Source: Fibrobacteria bacterium (GTDB lineage: Bacteria > Fibrobacterota > Fibrobacteria > UBA5070). From it: DNA of 64,000 nucleotides. Where the stretch lies: the NCBI GenBank assembly GCA_035913415.1, contig JAMIIV010000207.1:23498-87497 (forward strand), written 5' to 3'. The position numbers and the translations under genes were made by a program. Below, one piece after another: positions 29,675-39,856 of this stretch. Every line of letters begins with the position of its first letter. The stretch's first letter is position 1. Under the pieces are notes generated by a model. The model saw nothing but the letters and a program-made list of their open reading frames with translations. It was not told where the DNA came from and did not search any database.

Positions 29675-30537
29675 CCGTTGGCTCCTCGGGAGTCGGCGGG
29701 GCTCAGGTGCCGGTAGGCGGCCGCGACGGAGTCGACCATCTCGACCAATCGGGGAGGTTGATCCACCCTCGAAAGCAGCACGCGGGATCGGGCCCGCACG
29801 CACGTCCGCTTCTCACCCGCCTTGATGTCGGTGCGGATCGCCTCGCCCCCTTCGGGCGCTGCCGCCGAGGCGTGGAAGTCCTTTCCTCGCACCCGCACCT
29901 GCACGTCGAAGGTCCGCAGCACCTTGTGCTTGATCTTCGTCTTGGTCTTGCCGCGGGGGTTGCGGCGCCTCCTGGTGCGCCGACGCACCAGGTCGGAGAC
30001 ATCCCACTTCACCACGGCATGGTCGGCGAAGGTGGCCTCGCCGGAAAACCAGGGATCGAGGAAGAAGTCCGTGGTCCAACCCGCGCCGTTCATCTCGCCG
30101 CTGCGGACGACCTGGCGCTTGGGGGGGCATTCGCTGCCGCGCAGATCGAGCGCCAAGTGCACCTGGGATCCGGGAACAACGTCTTCGCGCAGCAGGGCGA
30201 GCCAGGGAAGCACGGATTCCTCCAGGACGGGAGGAACATCGATTTTGCCCATCTTGCTGGCGAAGACGGTCAGCGCGATTCCCACAGGCCACAAGAGGAG
30301 CGGCCAGCCCGAACCGTACCCCATGGCAGCGAAGAAGCCCACCGGGAAACACGAGACTCCTCCCCAGAAGGCGAACTTGCGGACGACGTCGGTTTCACGA
30401 TCCACGAGACCCACTGGGTGCAGGAAGCGAATCCATTCGTCGAGTGTGAGGCTCGCCTTCAGGATCTTGGTGCGCATGAAGTCCCGTTGGCGGTCGTCCA
30501 GTTTCTGGTATCGCGACCAGGCGGTCAGGAGGCCCAT
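29671..30537 (-). CDS. Hypothetical membrane protein, paralog B
   Basis: Paralog of the product of 24678..25661. Confidence 0.55.
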   Translation of the reverse strand: MGLLTAWSRYQKLDDRQRDFMRTKILKASLTLDEWIRFLHPVGLVDRETDVVRKFAFWGGVSCFPVGFFAAMGYGSGWPLLLWPVGIALTVFASKMGKIDVPPVLEESVLPWLALLREDVVPGSQVHLALDLRGSECPPKRQVVRSGEMNGAGWTTDFFLDPWFSGEATFADHAVVKWDVSDLVRRRTRRRRNPRGKTKTKIKHKVLRTFDVQVRVRGKDFHASAAAPEGGEAIRTDIKAGEKRTCVRARSRVLLSRVDQPPRLVEMVDSVAAAYRHLSPADSRGANG

Positions 30538-31735
30538 GGAGTGCTTTCGGGGAGGTGGGGGATGACGGGCGGATGCCGCAAAGATGGTTTTCCGCCAGGC
30601 TCCCGTACAACGAAAGGAGTTGTTGAACCGATGTGGCCCAGGTCAGGGTCTGCTCCAGGTGGACCCGCCCTCGGGTCGCCATGTCCCGGGCGGCATCGGG
30701 GAACTCGAGCACCAGGCGCAATGCGCGGGCCAGTTCGGCCGGTCTTCCGGGGTGCACCAGACGCCCCGTTCCCTCCCCCAGAATCTCGCGGACCGCGGGG
30801 ATGTCGCTGGCCACCACGGGCGTCCCGAGGGCCATCGCCTCCAGGATCTTCAGGGGGCAGCAGCCTTGGTCGAGGTTGCGGGCGCACTCGACAAGGGGAG
30901 CCACACTCGCCATGGCATGGGCAACCCAGCCTCCAAGCTCGGAACGTCCCAGCGCCTGTTTCCACACCACGCGATCCTCCAGCCCCAGCCGCCGTGCGAG
31001 TCGGCGAGGGCCCTTCTCCTGGCGGGGATGCGACGACGAACACACCACGAGTTTCGTGTCGAGATCGGCCAGACGCGCGAAGGCCTGCAACAGCACGTCC
31101 AGTCCCTGCCAGGGCTGGAGCGCCCCGAAGTAGACGAAGTACGAAGCGGGAGCCTCGACCGGACGCGGCGGACGACCCACGACGGGATCCGCTCCGTTGG
31201 GGATCACGACGATCCGCCGCTGGTCGGCGCCCAGACGGACCAGGTTCCCGGCGATGGTCCGCGACGGCACCACAAGCGCATCCGCGTGTTCCCAGCAGAA
31301 CCGTTCTTGCTGACGAATCTTGTCCAGAGTGCGGGGCGAGAGCAGCGGGTAGGTGCCGGGCAGCTCGATCGAAGGCAGCCCGTTGATCTCGTACACGGTG
31401 CGATACTTCCGTGGGCGCGAGAGGATGGGAACACCGCTCCACGGATCGCGGAAGTGGCACAGTTCCAACGTCTCACCGGCGTCGTCCAGAACGCGCGCCA
31501 GCGACCGGCCGAAGGATTCGGCCCGATCCAGGAAGTTCGGCTCCCGCCCCGGATGGCGCACCACCTCGATGGCCCCTTCGACCTCGTGGGCCGCGAGGTC
31601 GCCCCCGCCCAGCACATGGAGCAGGCCGCCGCCGAAAGCCCCGAACAACGCCCCGGCGAAGCGCTCGATGTGGGTCGCGGCACCTTTGGGCGAGGGCACG
31701 CGATCGAACGACGCGTACAAGGCGCGATGCGGCAT
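30395..31735 (-). CDS. GT4-family glycosyltransferase
   Basis: Start at MPHRALYASF. Motifs include FGALQPWQGLDVLLQAF and CPLKILEAMALGTPVVASD. The C-terminal approximately 45 aa overlap paralog B, so the exact 3' end is uncertain. Confidence 0.65.
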   Translation of the reverse strand: MPHRALYASFDRVPSPKGAATHIERFAGALFGAFGGGLLHVLGGGDLAAHEVEGAIEVVRHPGREPNFLDRAESFGRSLARVLDDAGETLELCHFRDPWSGVPILSRPRKYRTVYEINGLPSIELPGTYPLLSPRTLDKIRQQERFCWEHADALVVPSRTIAGNLVRLGADQRRIVVIPNGADPVVGRPPRPVEAPASYFVYFGALQPWQGLDVLLQAFARLADLDTKLVVCSSSHPRQEKGPRRLARRLGLEDRVVWKQALGRSELGGWVAHAMASVAPLVECARNLDQGCCPLKILEAMALGTPVVASDIPAVREILGEGTGRLVHPGRPAELARALRLVLEFPDAARDMATRGRVHLEQTLTWATSVQQLLSLYGSLAENHLCGIRPSSPTSPKALHGPPDRLVAIPETGRPPTGLHAHQDPEGEPHTRRMDSLPAPSGSRGS

Positions 31736-31770
31736 TCCAGACAGAATCCGTCGATCGGGCACGCGGGCGC

Positions 31771-32910
31771 TCAGATCAGGCCGGAGAGCACCACCGCCCG
31801 CGGCGTCCAGCCGAAATCGGGATCCCAGTCCAGCGACGTGGGAAGCGTCCAGGCCATGGTGATGCCGCTGCCGACATCGAACCACATCGCGCAGCGACTG
31901 GCGCCCTCGTGGCCCCAGACCATTCCCGGTTGCACCAGCGGATGGCGGGCGGGCTCCAGGCCCAGCCCGTATCTCCAGTCGGAGAAATTGTCGCCCCAGT
32001 GGGGAGCGGGCACGTTCACGTGGACCCGCCGCATGGCCTCGACGGTGCGTCGCCCCAGGATGCGCACGCCGTCCAGCGATCCATCTTCGGCCAGAAGGCG
32101 CGCCAGGCGGTTCATGTCGCGGCAAGTGGACCAGGCGTGGCCCAGGGCCAGACGCGAATGGTGCAGGCAACTGGAGCGCCCCTCGATCATGGAACGTTCG
32201 AAGTCCGACACCCAGGCGAACTGGTCGAGCGGTCGCGAGCCGGGGTCGAAGAAGGTCTCGTGCAGGCCAGCAGGCCGGAGGATTTCGCGCTCCATCCAGA
32301 GAGCGTAAGGCTCGCCCACGGTGCGGGCGATCATCTCGCCGATCACGGCAAACCCCGCGCTGCTGTAGCGCCAGGTCTGACCAGGCGTGCCGTGCACCGG
32401 ACGCGCCGCCAGCGCATGAAGCCAGTCTTCGCGCTGGAGCAAGGTCCAGGCCGCCTGGAAGTCGGGCGCGGCTTCGCCGTCCGATCCGGGATCGGGCATC
32501 AGTCCGGAGGTGTGGGTGAGCAGGTGTTCCAACCGGAGGTTGCGCAGCTCGGGGGTGTCGAATTCCGGCAGGACCTTCGCGACCGGCCATTCCATCAGGA
32601 TGCGCCCGTCTTCCACCAGCTTGAGCACGCCGATGGCTGTGAGAACCTTGGTGACCGAGGCCATGCCGCGCCAGGTCGTGGGCTGCATGGGTGCCCCGCC
32701 TGCGGGATGGCGGGGCCCCAGGGCCTGATCGGCGAAGACCCGTCCGTGGCGCGCCAGACAGAAGGCCGCCGCCTGGACTTTCCCTTCGGAGACCAGGCGT
32801 TCGAAGATCTCCTCGAGGCGATCCAGACGAGTCGCATCAAATCCCACCTCGTCGGGGGAGGCTTCGAGGGGAGCGTGGATCCAGGACAGTCCGGCAGGAG
32901 AATCGGTCAT
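31771..32910 (-). CDS. Serine hydrolase, beta-lactamase (class C/PBP4-like) family
   Basis: Start at MTDSPAGLSW. S-x-x-K active site in MASVTKVLTAIG. A YSSAGF (Y-x-N-like) region is also present. Confidence 0.75.
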   Translation of the reverse strand: MTDSPAGLSWIHAPLEASPDEVGFDATRLDRLEEIFERLVSEGKVQAAAFCLARHGRVFADQALGPRHPAGGAPMQPTTWRGMASVTKVLTAIGVLKLVEDGRILMEWPVAKVLPEFDTPELRNLRLEHLLTHTSGLMPDPGSDGEAAPDFQAAWTLLQREDWLHALAARPVHGTPGQTWRYSSAGFAVIGEMIARTVGEPYALWMEREILRPAGLHETFFDPGSRPLDQFAWVSDFERSMIEGRSSCLHHSRLALGHAWSTCRDMNRLARLLAEDGSLDGVRILGRRTVEAMRRVHVNVPAPHWGDNFSDWRYGLGLEPARHPLVQPGMVWGHEGASRCAMWFDVGSGITMAWTLPTSLDWDPDFGWTPRAVVLSGLI

Positions 32911-33001
32911 GGACGGAAAACGTAGCCCCTTGTAAAGGTCGGCGAAGCGAAGATCGCGATGTCGTCCCGCACGGGGTGTTCCCGATCCGCCCTCGAGGAA
33001 A

Positions 33002-34447
33002 TCAGGTGTCCATGGCCTCGCGTTCGGCGCGAGCTGTCCGCAGGACGTAAGCCGACCATGCCGCGGCCAACACACCCCACAGCAGCAGGGCCGGAACGGT
33101 CCCGTGATCGTCCGGGCGATGCAGCAGGGCCAGCGGCAGGAACAGGGCGCCACCCGCCAGTGGCCGCAGGAAGCTCCTCCAGTCGAGCAGCCAGCGCTGC
33201 GCCACGCGATAGACCAGGAGGTAGTTGAGCAGGCCGGAGGCCAAGGTGGACAACCCCAGCGACAATCCCGCTCCGAGTGATCCGTGCACGGGAATGAGCC
33301 AGGCGTTGAGCCCGACGAACGAAACGAGGAACACGACCTGCGTGACGGGCAGCAGGTAGGTCTTGCCCATGCCCATCAGGGCCGTCCCGGCGAGGTTGCC
33401 CGGCAGACTGAGGGTGAACAGGATCGAGGTGGCGACCAGGGTCGCGTACCCGGAGGCGTAGGTCTGGTCCATCAACCCCAGACCCTGCGAGCCGAACAAT
33501 ACGATGCCCGCGAGGAGGGGCTGTTGGAACCCCGCCACCACCCAGGCCACGTAGCGCGCCCCCTGTCGTTTGGCCTTGCCCAGCAACTCGGGCTCGCGGC
33601 GACTGAAGAACGAGAGAGCCGTGCCGTCGTACGACTCGCGCACGGCCTGGACCGCCTTGGAGACCATGATCGCCACCGAGTAGATCTCGACTTCGCGAGC
33701 ACCGCCGAACTGGTAGAGCAGCGCATTGTCGGTGCGCAACGCGATGCTCTGCAGGATGTCGGTGACGGAAACCGGCAGCGAGTACCGAAGCAGCGACGCC
33801 CCCGGCCAGGGCACGAGGGACCAGGACCCCACGCTGGCACGGAAGCGCCAGGCGAAGACGGACAAGGCGGCCGCCGCGGCCAGAGCGCTGGCGGCGAGGT
33901 AGGCGGCAGGGAGGATCGAATCCCGAGCCTGGGGGAGGAAGGCGACCAGAGCCAGGGGCACGCCGAAGGTCCCCAACGGCAGCAGCACGTTGCGGATCAC
34001 GATGATCTCGCCGAGGTGCTGGCGCGAGACCAACGCCTGCAGGACCACCATCGCCAAAGCCTGGAAGGGCACGGCTGCGAGAATCCATCCCGTATGACCC
34101 GCCTGCCGGTAGAATCCCGCTCCATCGAGGAGGGAGAGACCCGTCCAGCCGACCGCGGCGACCAGCCCCGCGACCAGGAAGACGAACCCGAACGCACCGC
34201 TGGTCTGGCGCACGAAGGAGCGATCGTCGGATTCCGATCCGCCCAGCCACACAACCCCCTTTTCCAGTCCCAGCAACGCCAGGCGCATGAGCACCAACAC
34301 CAGCGATTCCTGGTAGGCGAAGGCGCCCCAGGCACCGCCCACGAAGGCCACGGCACAGGCCATCTTCACGATCGGCTCGAGCACCCTGGAGACATTGTCC
34401 AAGAGCATGAACACCGTCGCCCGGCGCAACACGGCATTGTCGGTCAT
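33002..34447 (-). CDS. wzx: Polysaccharide/oligosaccharide flippase (Wzx, MOP superfamily)
   Basis: About 12 predicted TM helices and a typical Wzx size. Start at MTDNAVLRRA. Confidence 0.7.
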   Translation of the reverse strand: MTDNAVLRRATVFMLLDNVSRVLEPIVKMACAVAFVGGAWGAFAYQESLVLVLMRLALLGLEKGVVWLGGSESDDRSFVRQTSGAFGFVFLVAGLVAAVGWTGLSLLDGAGFYRQAGHTGWILAAVPFQALAMVVLQALVSRQHLGEIIVIRNVLLPLGTFGVPLALVAFLPQARDSILPAAYLAASALAAAAALSVFAWRFRASVGSWSLVPWPGASLLRYSLPVSVTDILQSIALRTDNALLYQFGGAREVEIYSVAIMVSKAVQAVRESYDGTALSFFSRREPELLGKAKRQGARYVAWVVAGFQQPLLAGIVLFGSQGLGLMDQTYASGYATLVATSILFTLSLPGNLAGTALMGMGKTYLLPVTQVVFLVSFVGLNAWLIPVHGSLGAGLSLGLSTLASGLLNYLLVYRVAQRWLLDWRSFLRPLAGGALFLPLALLHRPDDHGTVPALLLWGVLAAAWSAYVLRTARAEREAMDT

Positions 34448-34690
34448 GAATTCCCGCGTACAGCCCACGGTTTGACGTGCGGGAAACCCCCGCACGACTT
34501 ACCCCCTCGACAAAAAGGGTGGGCTCCTCTCTCCAGAGAATCTCCTCTGCTTACCCCCATGAAAACAGAGGCAAAAGCCCCTATTCCTGGTCAATTTCGC
34601 TGACATTCCATTCTTATTGCACAATTATCGCCTATCGAATGGTCCATTTTTCCTGAACCATCTATCCGCTCCGACACCATTGACCGATGC

Positions 34691-35632
34691 GTGTCCTCCA
34701 TTCCACCACCCCCGGAGTCCCGCTTGGCACGCCCCCCGAAACGCGGTGTCCGCGTCCACGACATCGAGCATGCCAAGGCCGCCCTCCACCTGGAGAGCGA
34801 ACTCCCCGAATTCGGCTTCGGGCGTTTGTCGGAGGTCCTTCCCGACGGCCACGGCGACCCGGTTCGGATCGAAGCGTTTTCCGTGTGCATCTGCCTGGGC
34901 GGCAGCATGGAGCTGTCCATCGGACTGCAGACACATCGATTGGTCTCTGGGGAAGTGGTGTGCCTGCTTCCCAGCCACCTGCTGCAGATCCACGGCTGCT
35001 CCGAAGACTTCGACTGCCGCGTGTGGGTGTTGTCGCACACCTTCGTCCGCAGCCTCGAGAGCGGCCTGGAGCGCGATCTGGAAGGCTACCTCCAACTGGA
35101 GCGCAACCCCATCCTCCAACTGGACGCGCAAGAGATCCAGCTCTTCCGCAACCTCTGCGAGGCCATGTCCCTGACCCGCCGCTACGCGCACCAGCGCACC
35201 TACCCGTCGCTGGTGCGCAACCAGGTGCTGTCGCTGATCGGCCTGGTCGGCGCGATCCAGGAGCGGTCGGTCGCGAACGCGCCGCAGGCGCAGGAAGATC
35301 GCCTCCAGGCCGTCGTTAGACATTTTTTGACCTTGGCCACCCTGCACCAGAGGCAAGCCCGCGACGTCCGTTTCTACGCCGACCGCCTGGGCCTCACCCC
35401 CAAGTACCTGTCGGCCCTGGTCAAGGAAGCCACGGGCGTACCCGCTCGGGACTGGCTGATCCGCGGCACCATCCTGGAGGCCAAGGCGATGCTGCGCACC
35501 TCGGGCCAGAGCATCCAGCAGGTCGCCGCAGCCTTGCATTTTCCCGACCAGACCAGCTTCGGCAAGTACTTCCGCCGAGCCACGGGGCTCACGCCACGGG
35601 AATTCCGACTGGGGCGCGCCCACAAGGCCTGA
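34691..35632 (+). CDS. AraC/XylS-family transcriptional regulator
   Basis: C-terminal HTH: FYADRLGLTPKYLSALVKEATG...AAALHFPDQTSFGKYFRRATGLTPREFR. It is divergent from the flippase across a lower-GC intergenic region. Confidence 0.8.
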   Translation: MSSIPPPPESRLARPPKRGVRVHDIEHAKAALHLESELPEFGFGRLSEVLPDGHGDPVRIEAFSVCICLGGSMELSIGLQTHRLVSGEVVCLLPSHLLQIHGCSEDFDCRVWVLSHTFVRSLESGLERDLEGYLQLERNPILQLDAQEIQLFRNLCEAMSLTRRYAHQRTYPSLVRNQVLSLIGLVGAIQERSVANAPQAQEDRLQAVVRHFLTLATLHQRQARDVRFYADRLGLTPKYLSALVKEATGVPARDWLIRGTILEAKAMLRTSGQSIQQVAAALHFPDQTSFGKYFRRATGLTPREFRLGRAHKA

Positions 35633-35644
35633 TCCCGCGATTCT

Positions 35645-36685
35645 TCACTGCAAGGCGTTCCAGAGGCGTTCCAACTCGGCCGGATCCAACGGCACGCCAT
35701 CGACGCTGCGCATGCGAACGGTCCGTCGGCGGGCCTGGAGCCCGTTGAACACCAAAGCCTGGTATCGGGCGAACACAACTCCCCATCCGGGCACCACCAG
35801 CAAGGTCTCCCGACCATTGGTCATGATGCTGGAATATCCCCCTTCCACAAGCCAGATATGCCGAGGAGCCCCCGCGAGGACGGCCACCGTGTCGCGCCCG
35901 AACGCGGGATTCTCGAACCGGTTGGCGAGATTCGCGGTCCACCCGAGGGAGTCGACCTCCCAGGAGGAATCGGAGCGCACGGAATCCTGGAGGGACCCCT
36001 GATCGACCGACAGGCGCCTCAGGGTCCCCCGGCAGGAGTCGTAGGCTTCGGCCCGTACGACCTCCGCTTCGGTCGTGGCCATGACCAGCGAGGGCTGTTG
36101 GAGGGACGAGGAATCGAAGAGGGTGTACGTGTACCGTCCCAGTCGCCAGGGCCGGTACCAGGCGGCCGCCAGATCGAGGGAATCGCGCCGCGTGGACGTG
36201 TCGATCCGCACCGTTCCGAGGTCCCCCTGGTTCGCGGTCGCCAGGACCCGCCGCACGACCCAGGTGTAACCCCAGGTGACGACCAGGGTGTCCGGCACGG
36301 CACTCCGGACCCGGGCGGCGGAAGGCGCCGTGGGTCGCGGGCCGCCCACCGCCCTCTGCACTCCCGTCCCGAGCCGACCGGCCAGGCTTCGCCCTTCGAA
36401 TCGAAGTCCCAGACGACCGGATTCGAGCTCGAGATTGCCCTGTCGATCCACCCCGCCGATTGCCGCCTCGCGCCCGACACCTTCGATCTGGAGGTTCGAC
36501 ATGCGCCAAGCCCCCGCTGCGTCAGTCCTCGTGGACCAAGGCCCATCGGGACCGCGCAGCTCGACGAAAGCCCCGGCCAGGGGCGCCCCGGCCAGATCCT
36601 CCACCCGACCGTACAGGGACACCGCGTGGGCGGGAAGCCCCGAAAGGACGAGGGCCAGGATGGGGAGGAGAGTGCGGACGGCCAT
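35645..36685 (-). CDS. Secreted hypothetical protein with carboxypeptidase-regulatory-like N-domain
   Basis: Start at MAVRTLLPILALVLSGLPAHA, a signal peptide. SLYGRVEDLAGAPLAGAFVEL resembles a CarbopepD_reg beta-sandwich. Confidence 0.5.
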   Translation of the reverse strand: MAVRTLLPILALVLSGLPAHAVSLYGRVEDLAGAPLAGAFVELRGPDGPWSTRTDAAGAWRMSNLQIEGVGREAAIGGVDRQGNLELESGRLGLRFEGRSLAGRLGTGVQRAVGGPRPTAPSAARVRSAVPDTLVVTWGYTWVVRRVLATANQGDLGTVRIDTSTRRDSLDLAAAWYRPWRLGRYTYTLFDSSSLQQPSLVMATTEAEVVRAEAYDSCRGTLRRLSVDQGSLQDSVRSDSSWEVDSLGWTANLANRFENPAFGRDTVAVLAGAPRHIWLVEGGYSSIMTNGRETLLVVPGWGVVFARYQALVFNGLQARRRTVRMRSVDGVPLDPAELERLWNALQ

Positions 36686-36818
36686 GCAGCGCCTCGGCGG
36701 AGTAGGTTGGGAATCGAACGGGTACACGACGAATCTATCTCCCCGCCCCCCCGAGCCCTGGGCATCCCTCGTAGAACAACGATCGTCCCCTGGACCGGAA
36801 AACGCTACCATCCTGTCC

Positions 36819-37736
36819 ATGCTCATGCTGTCCGCGCTTCTGCTGGGTCTGGCCCAGGCGACGCCCTTTCCGGATTCCGCCCGGTTCGCCTGGGTGTACC
36901 GCATCCGCGACACCACCAACATCCGCGCAGCGGTGGGCGCCTGGAAATCGGCCCGCCTGGGTGGCCTTTACCTCTCGTTGGACCCTCTGCGCCTGGACGA
37001 TTCGGCGCGCGGAGGCTCTCCCCGCTACTCCCGCACGGTCGCCGAAATTCTCGACTCGTGCGCCGCCGCGGGCCTGGCCGTCCACGCCATGATCCTGCAG
37101 GAACACGAACTGGCCCTGGTGGAGCACCACGCCCGGGCCCTGGCGCGCATCGAATCGTTCGCGCGCTTCGTCGATCGCCATCCCCGGCTGCGCGGCAGCC
37201 CCCTGGTGGGTTTGCACTTCGACGTCGAGCCGCACGCCCTGCCGACCTGGTCGTCGCGGGATCCGGCGGCGTGCGAAACCCTGCTGCGCTCCTATCAAGA
37301 ACTGCTGCGCCGCATCGACTCCCTGACCCACGGGACAATTTCCGTTCCCGGGCGCCTACCCTGGGCCCGGCTCTCGGCGGCCATCGGACACTTCCACGAC
37401 CGGCAAGCGGTTTCCGGGAAGACTCCATCCGGAGCCCCCTCCATCTGGGCGAAGCATCTGGATGTGTTGGTCCCGATGGCCTACCTCGACGGCGATCGCT
37501 GGGAGGCGGCACCCCTGGATGCGAAGATCGCCACCACCTGGCGCTACGCGCGTGGCGAAGTCGAAGCCGCACCTACGGTGGTGGGGGTCCGCGGATCGCG
37601 GTTCCGCACCCCGGCCGAACGAGCCGCGCTGGAGCAGGGACTGGCCGATTCCGCGCGCGGGAACCCGAACTTCAGGGGAGTCGCCTGGTTCGGGCTCCCG
37701 GGATCGCACACCCTGGACATCGACCGAGGGGACTGA
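36819..37736 (+). CDS. Secreted hypothetical protein
   Basis: Start at MLMLSALLLGLAQA, a signal peptide. The 5' ORF extension to 36276 is G/R/P-rich and was rejected. Confidence 0.5.
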   Translation: MLMLSALLLGLAQATPFPDSARFAWVYRIRDTTNIRAAVGAWKSARLGGLYLSLDPLRLDDSARGGSPRYSRTVAEILDSCAAAGLAVHAMILQEHELALVEHHARALARIESFARFVDRHPRLRGSPLVGLHFDVEPHALPTWSSRDPAACETLLRSYQELLRRIDSLTHGTISVPGRLPWARLSAAIGHFHDRQAVSGKTPSGAPSIWAKHLDVLVPMAYLDGDRWEAAPLDAKIATTWRYARGEVEAAPTVVGVRGSRFRTPAERAALEQGLADSARGNPNFRGVAWFGLPGSHTLDIDRGD

Positions 37737-37922
37737 CTATGCCCGGCCGAACGACGGGGACGCCCTTCAAAGGGCGTTTGCGAAATGTCGACCAGAGCTC
37801 TCGGCTCGTCCATTCGACAAGCTCAGGACATGCCTGAGGAGCGCCAAAGGCGCGTCTCGAAGGGCGGGGTTGTAGGGCTATTTCCGAATTCGTAAAAACA
37901 ATCCGAGCGCCGCGCACCCAGG

Positions 37923-39122
37923 TCAGGCCGCGCGCGGCCTCACCTTCCCGGCGGCGGCTTTCGCCCGCTCCCGTGCCGTATCCACATCGTCGGCGGTCGC
38001 GAAAGCCACACCCATGCGCCGGCGCGCAAACGACTCGGGTTTGCCGAACAGGCGCAGGTCGGATTCCGGAACGGACAGGGCCTCGGCCACACCCTCGAAG
38101 ACCAAGGCCCCGGCTTCGACACCCCCGTAGATCACCGCGCTGGCGCCTGGACGCCGCAGCGACGTGTCCACGGGAAGCCCCAGGATCGCACGGGCGTGCA
38201 GATCGAACTCCGACAATCGCTGCGTCCCCAGGGTCACCAGACCGGTGTCGTGTGGCCGGGGGCTCACTTCGGAGAACCAGACCAGGTCGCCCTTCACGAA
38301 CAGCTCCACGCCGAACAATCCGCGGCCCCCCAGCGCCTCGACCACCGCCCCGGCGATGCGCCGCGCCTCGGCCAACGCCGTCGGCGACATGGCCTGGGGC
38401 TGCCAGCTTTCCACGTAGTCTCCCTGCACCTGGATGTGCCCCACCGGTTCGCAGAAGTGGGTTTCGACCTGACCCTCGGATCCGATCGCACGCACCGTCA
38501 GCATCGTGATCTCGTAGTCGAACTCCACGAACCCTTCCACGATCACGCGCCCCTGATCGACGCGCCCGCCCTTGGCGGCGTACTCCCATGCCGCGGCCAA
38601 CTCCGCCTCCGAGCGCACCACCGACTGTCCCTTGCCCGAGCTGGACATCACCGGCTTGACCACGCAGGGAAATCCGATGCCGCCCGAGGTCGCCGCCCGC
38701 ATCTCCTCCAGGCTGGACGCAAAGGCGTAGGGCGACGTGGGCAGGCCCAGCGTCTCGGCGGCCAGGCGCCGGATCCCTTCGCGGTTCATGGTGAGCCGCG
38801 CGGCCCGAGCCGTGGGGATCACCTCCGCCAGACCATCCGCCTCGATGCGCTCCAGCTCGTCGGTGGCGATCGCCTCGATCTCGGGGACCACCAGATGTGG
38901 ACGCTCCTTCTCCACCAGCGCCCGCACAGCGGCGGCGTCGGTCATGTCCAGGACGTGCGAACGGTGCGCGACCTGGTGCGCCGGTGCACCTGCGTAGCGG
39001 TCGGCCGCGATGGTCTCGCAGCCCAGGCGCTGGAGGGCGATCACGACCTCCTTGCCCAGCTCCCCGGAGCCCAGGAGCAGGACGCGCACGGCAGCGGGCG
39101 AGAGAGGGGTTCCAAGGTCCAC
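37923..39122 (-). CDS. purT: Formate-dependent phosphoribosylglycinamide formyltransferase (PurT)
   Basis: N-terminal [16 protein letters not shown]-grasp motifs are present. The sequence is clearly PurT/PurK-family, and the approximately 400 aa length fits PurT. Confidence 0.8.
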   Translation of the reverse strand: MDLGTPLSPAAVRVLLLGSGELGKEVVIALQRLGCETIAADRYAGAPAHQVAHRSHVLDMTDAAAVRALVEKERPHLVVPEIEAIATDELERIEADGLAEVIPTARAARLTMNREGIRRLAAETLGLPTSPYAFASSLEEMRAATSGGIGFPCVVKPVMSSSGKGQSVVRSEAELAAAWEYAAKGGRVDQGRVIVEGFVEFDYEITMLTVRAIGSEGQVETHFCEPVGHIQVQGDYVESWQPQAMSPTALAEARRIAGAVVEALGGRGLFGVELFVKGDLVWFSEVSPRPHDTGLVTLGTQRLSEFDLHARAILGLPVDTSLRRPGASAVIYGGVEAGALVFEGVAEALSVPESDLRLFGKPESFARRRMGVAFATADDVDTARERAKAAAGKVRPRAA

Positions 39123-39193
39123 GGCGATCCTCCAGCGTTCGGTTGGGCAGGCAAACCTAGAAGTTCATGCCGTGCCTCGAACCCCAGAGGCGA

Positions 39194-39808
39194 TCAGAGG
39201 GTGTACCGCAACCCCACCATGGAGGTGATGGCCCAGGGGAAGCCAGGAATCATCGAGACACCCACCTCGAGACGGTCCCCCACGGTCTTCCAGGCGTCGA
39301 ATTCTCCGCCGTACCACAGGAACCGGTGTTGCCAGCCATGCCAGGTGTCGTCCGAGAAGAATCCGTTGCTCCTGTAGCCCGGCAAGCCTTGCCAATCCTC
39401 GCGCAACACGAGGGTGGGTCCCAGTCCTCCTTGGATGCCCCAGTCTTTTCCACGAAGGATCCAGCCCCGCAGGCCCAGATGGAGGAAAACCTGCTGTTTG
39501 TCAGCGCAATCGCGGTACCATGCCGTTTTGGCACGCAGACCGAAGCGTTCCCAGGGCTGGACATCCCAGGCCAGGGCGCCCCCCAGTTGCAGCACCCACC
39601 ATCCGTCGGGATCGAGCTTGCGCGGGTAGTAGGCGGGCTGGGTTCCCCCACCGGGATGGAAGGTCATCCCCACCACCTGCGCGGTCAGCGCCTGGGGGAC
39701 ACGCGGCGCGGAATCGTCGACCGAGGCCGAAAGCGGAAGGACCACTAGCAACAGGGCGGACAGCATGCGGCCAAGGTACCTCCCGCACACCCCGAAAATC
39801 GTCGTCAT
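39194..39808 (-). CDS. Outer-membrane beta-barrel protein (PagL/acyloxyacyl-hydrolase-like)
   Basis: Signal peptide. Alternating aromatic/hydrophilic strands and a C-terminal aromatic-rich strand. The PagL assignment is tentative. Confidence 0.4.
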   Translation of the reverse strand: MTTIFGVCGRYLGRMLSALLLVVLPLSASVDDSAPRVPQALTAQVVGMTFHPGGGTQPAYYPRKLDPDGWWVLQLGGALAWDVQPWERFGLRAKTAWYRDCADKQQVFLHLGLRGWILRGKDWGIQGGLGPTLVLREDWQGLPGYRSNGFFSDDTWHGWQHRFLWYGGEFDAWKTVGDRLEVGVSMIPGFPWAITSMVGLRYTL

Positions 39809-39856
39809 TTTTTGTCCGAATTGGCCGGCGCCAGAGTCCCTCCCGCCCCGAAGCCT

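Noticed and set aside
37760-37920. Hairpins ACGCCCTT-caa-AGGGCGT and palindrome GGCCGCGCGCGGCC between the convergent hypothetical gene and purT, as terminators
   Set aside because: Plausible, but T-runs are weak and interrupted. Confidence too low to list as features.
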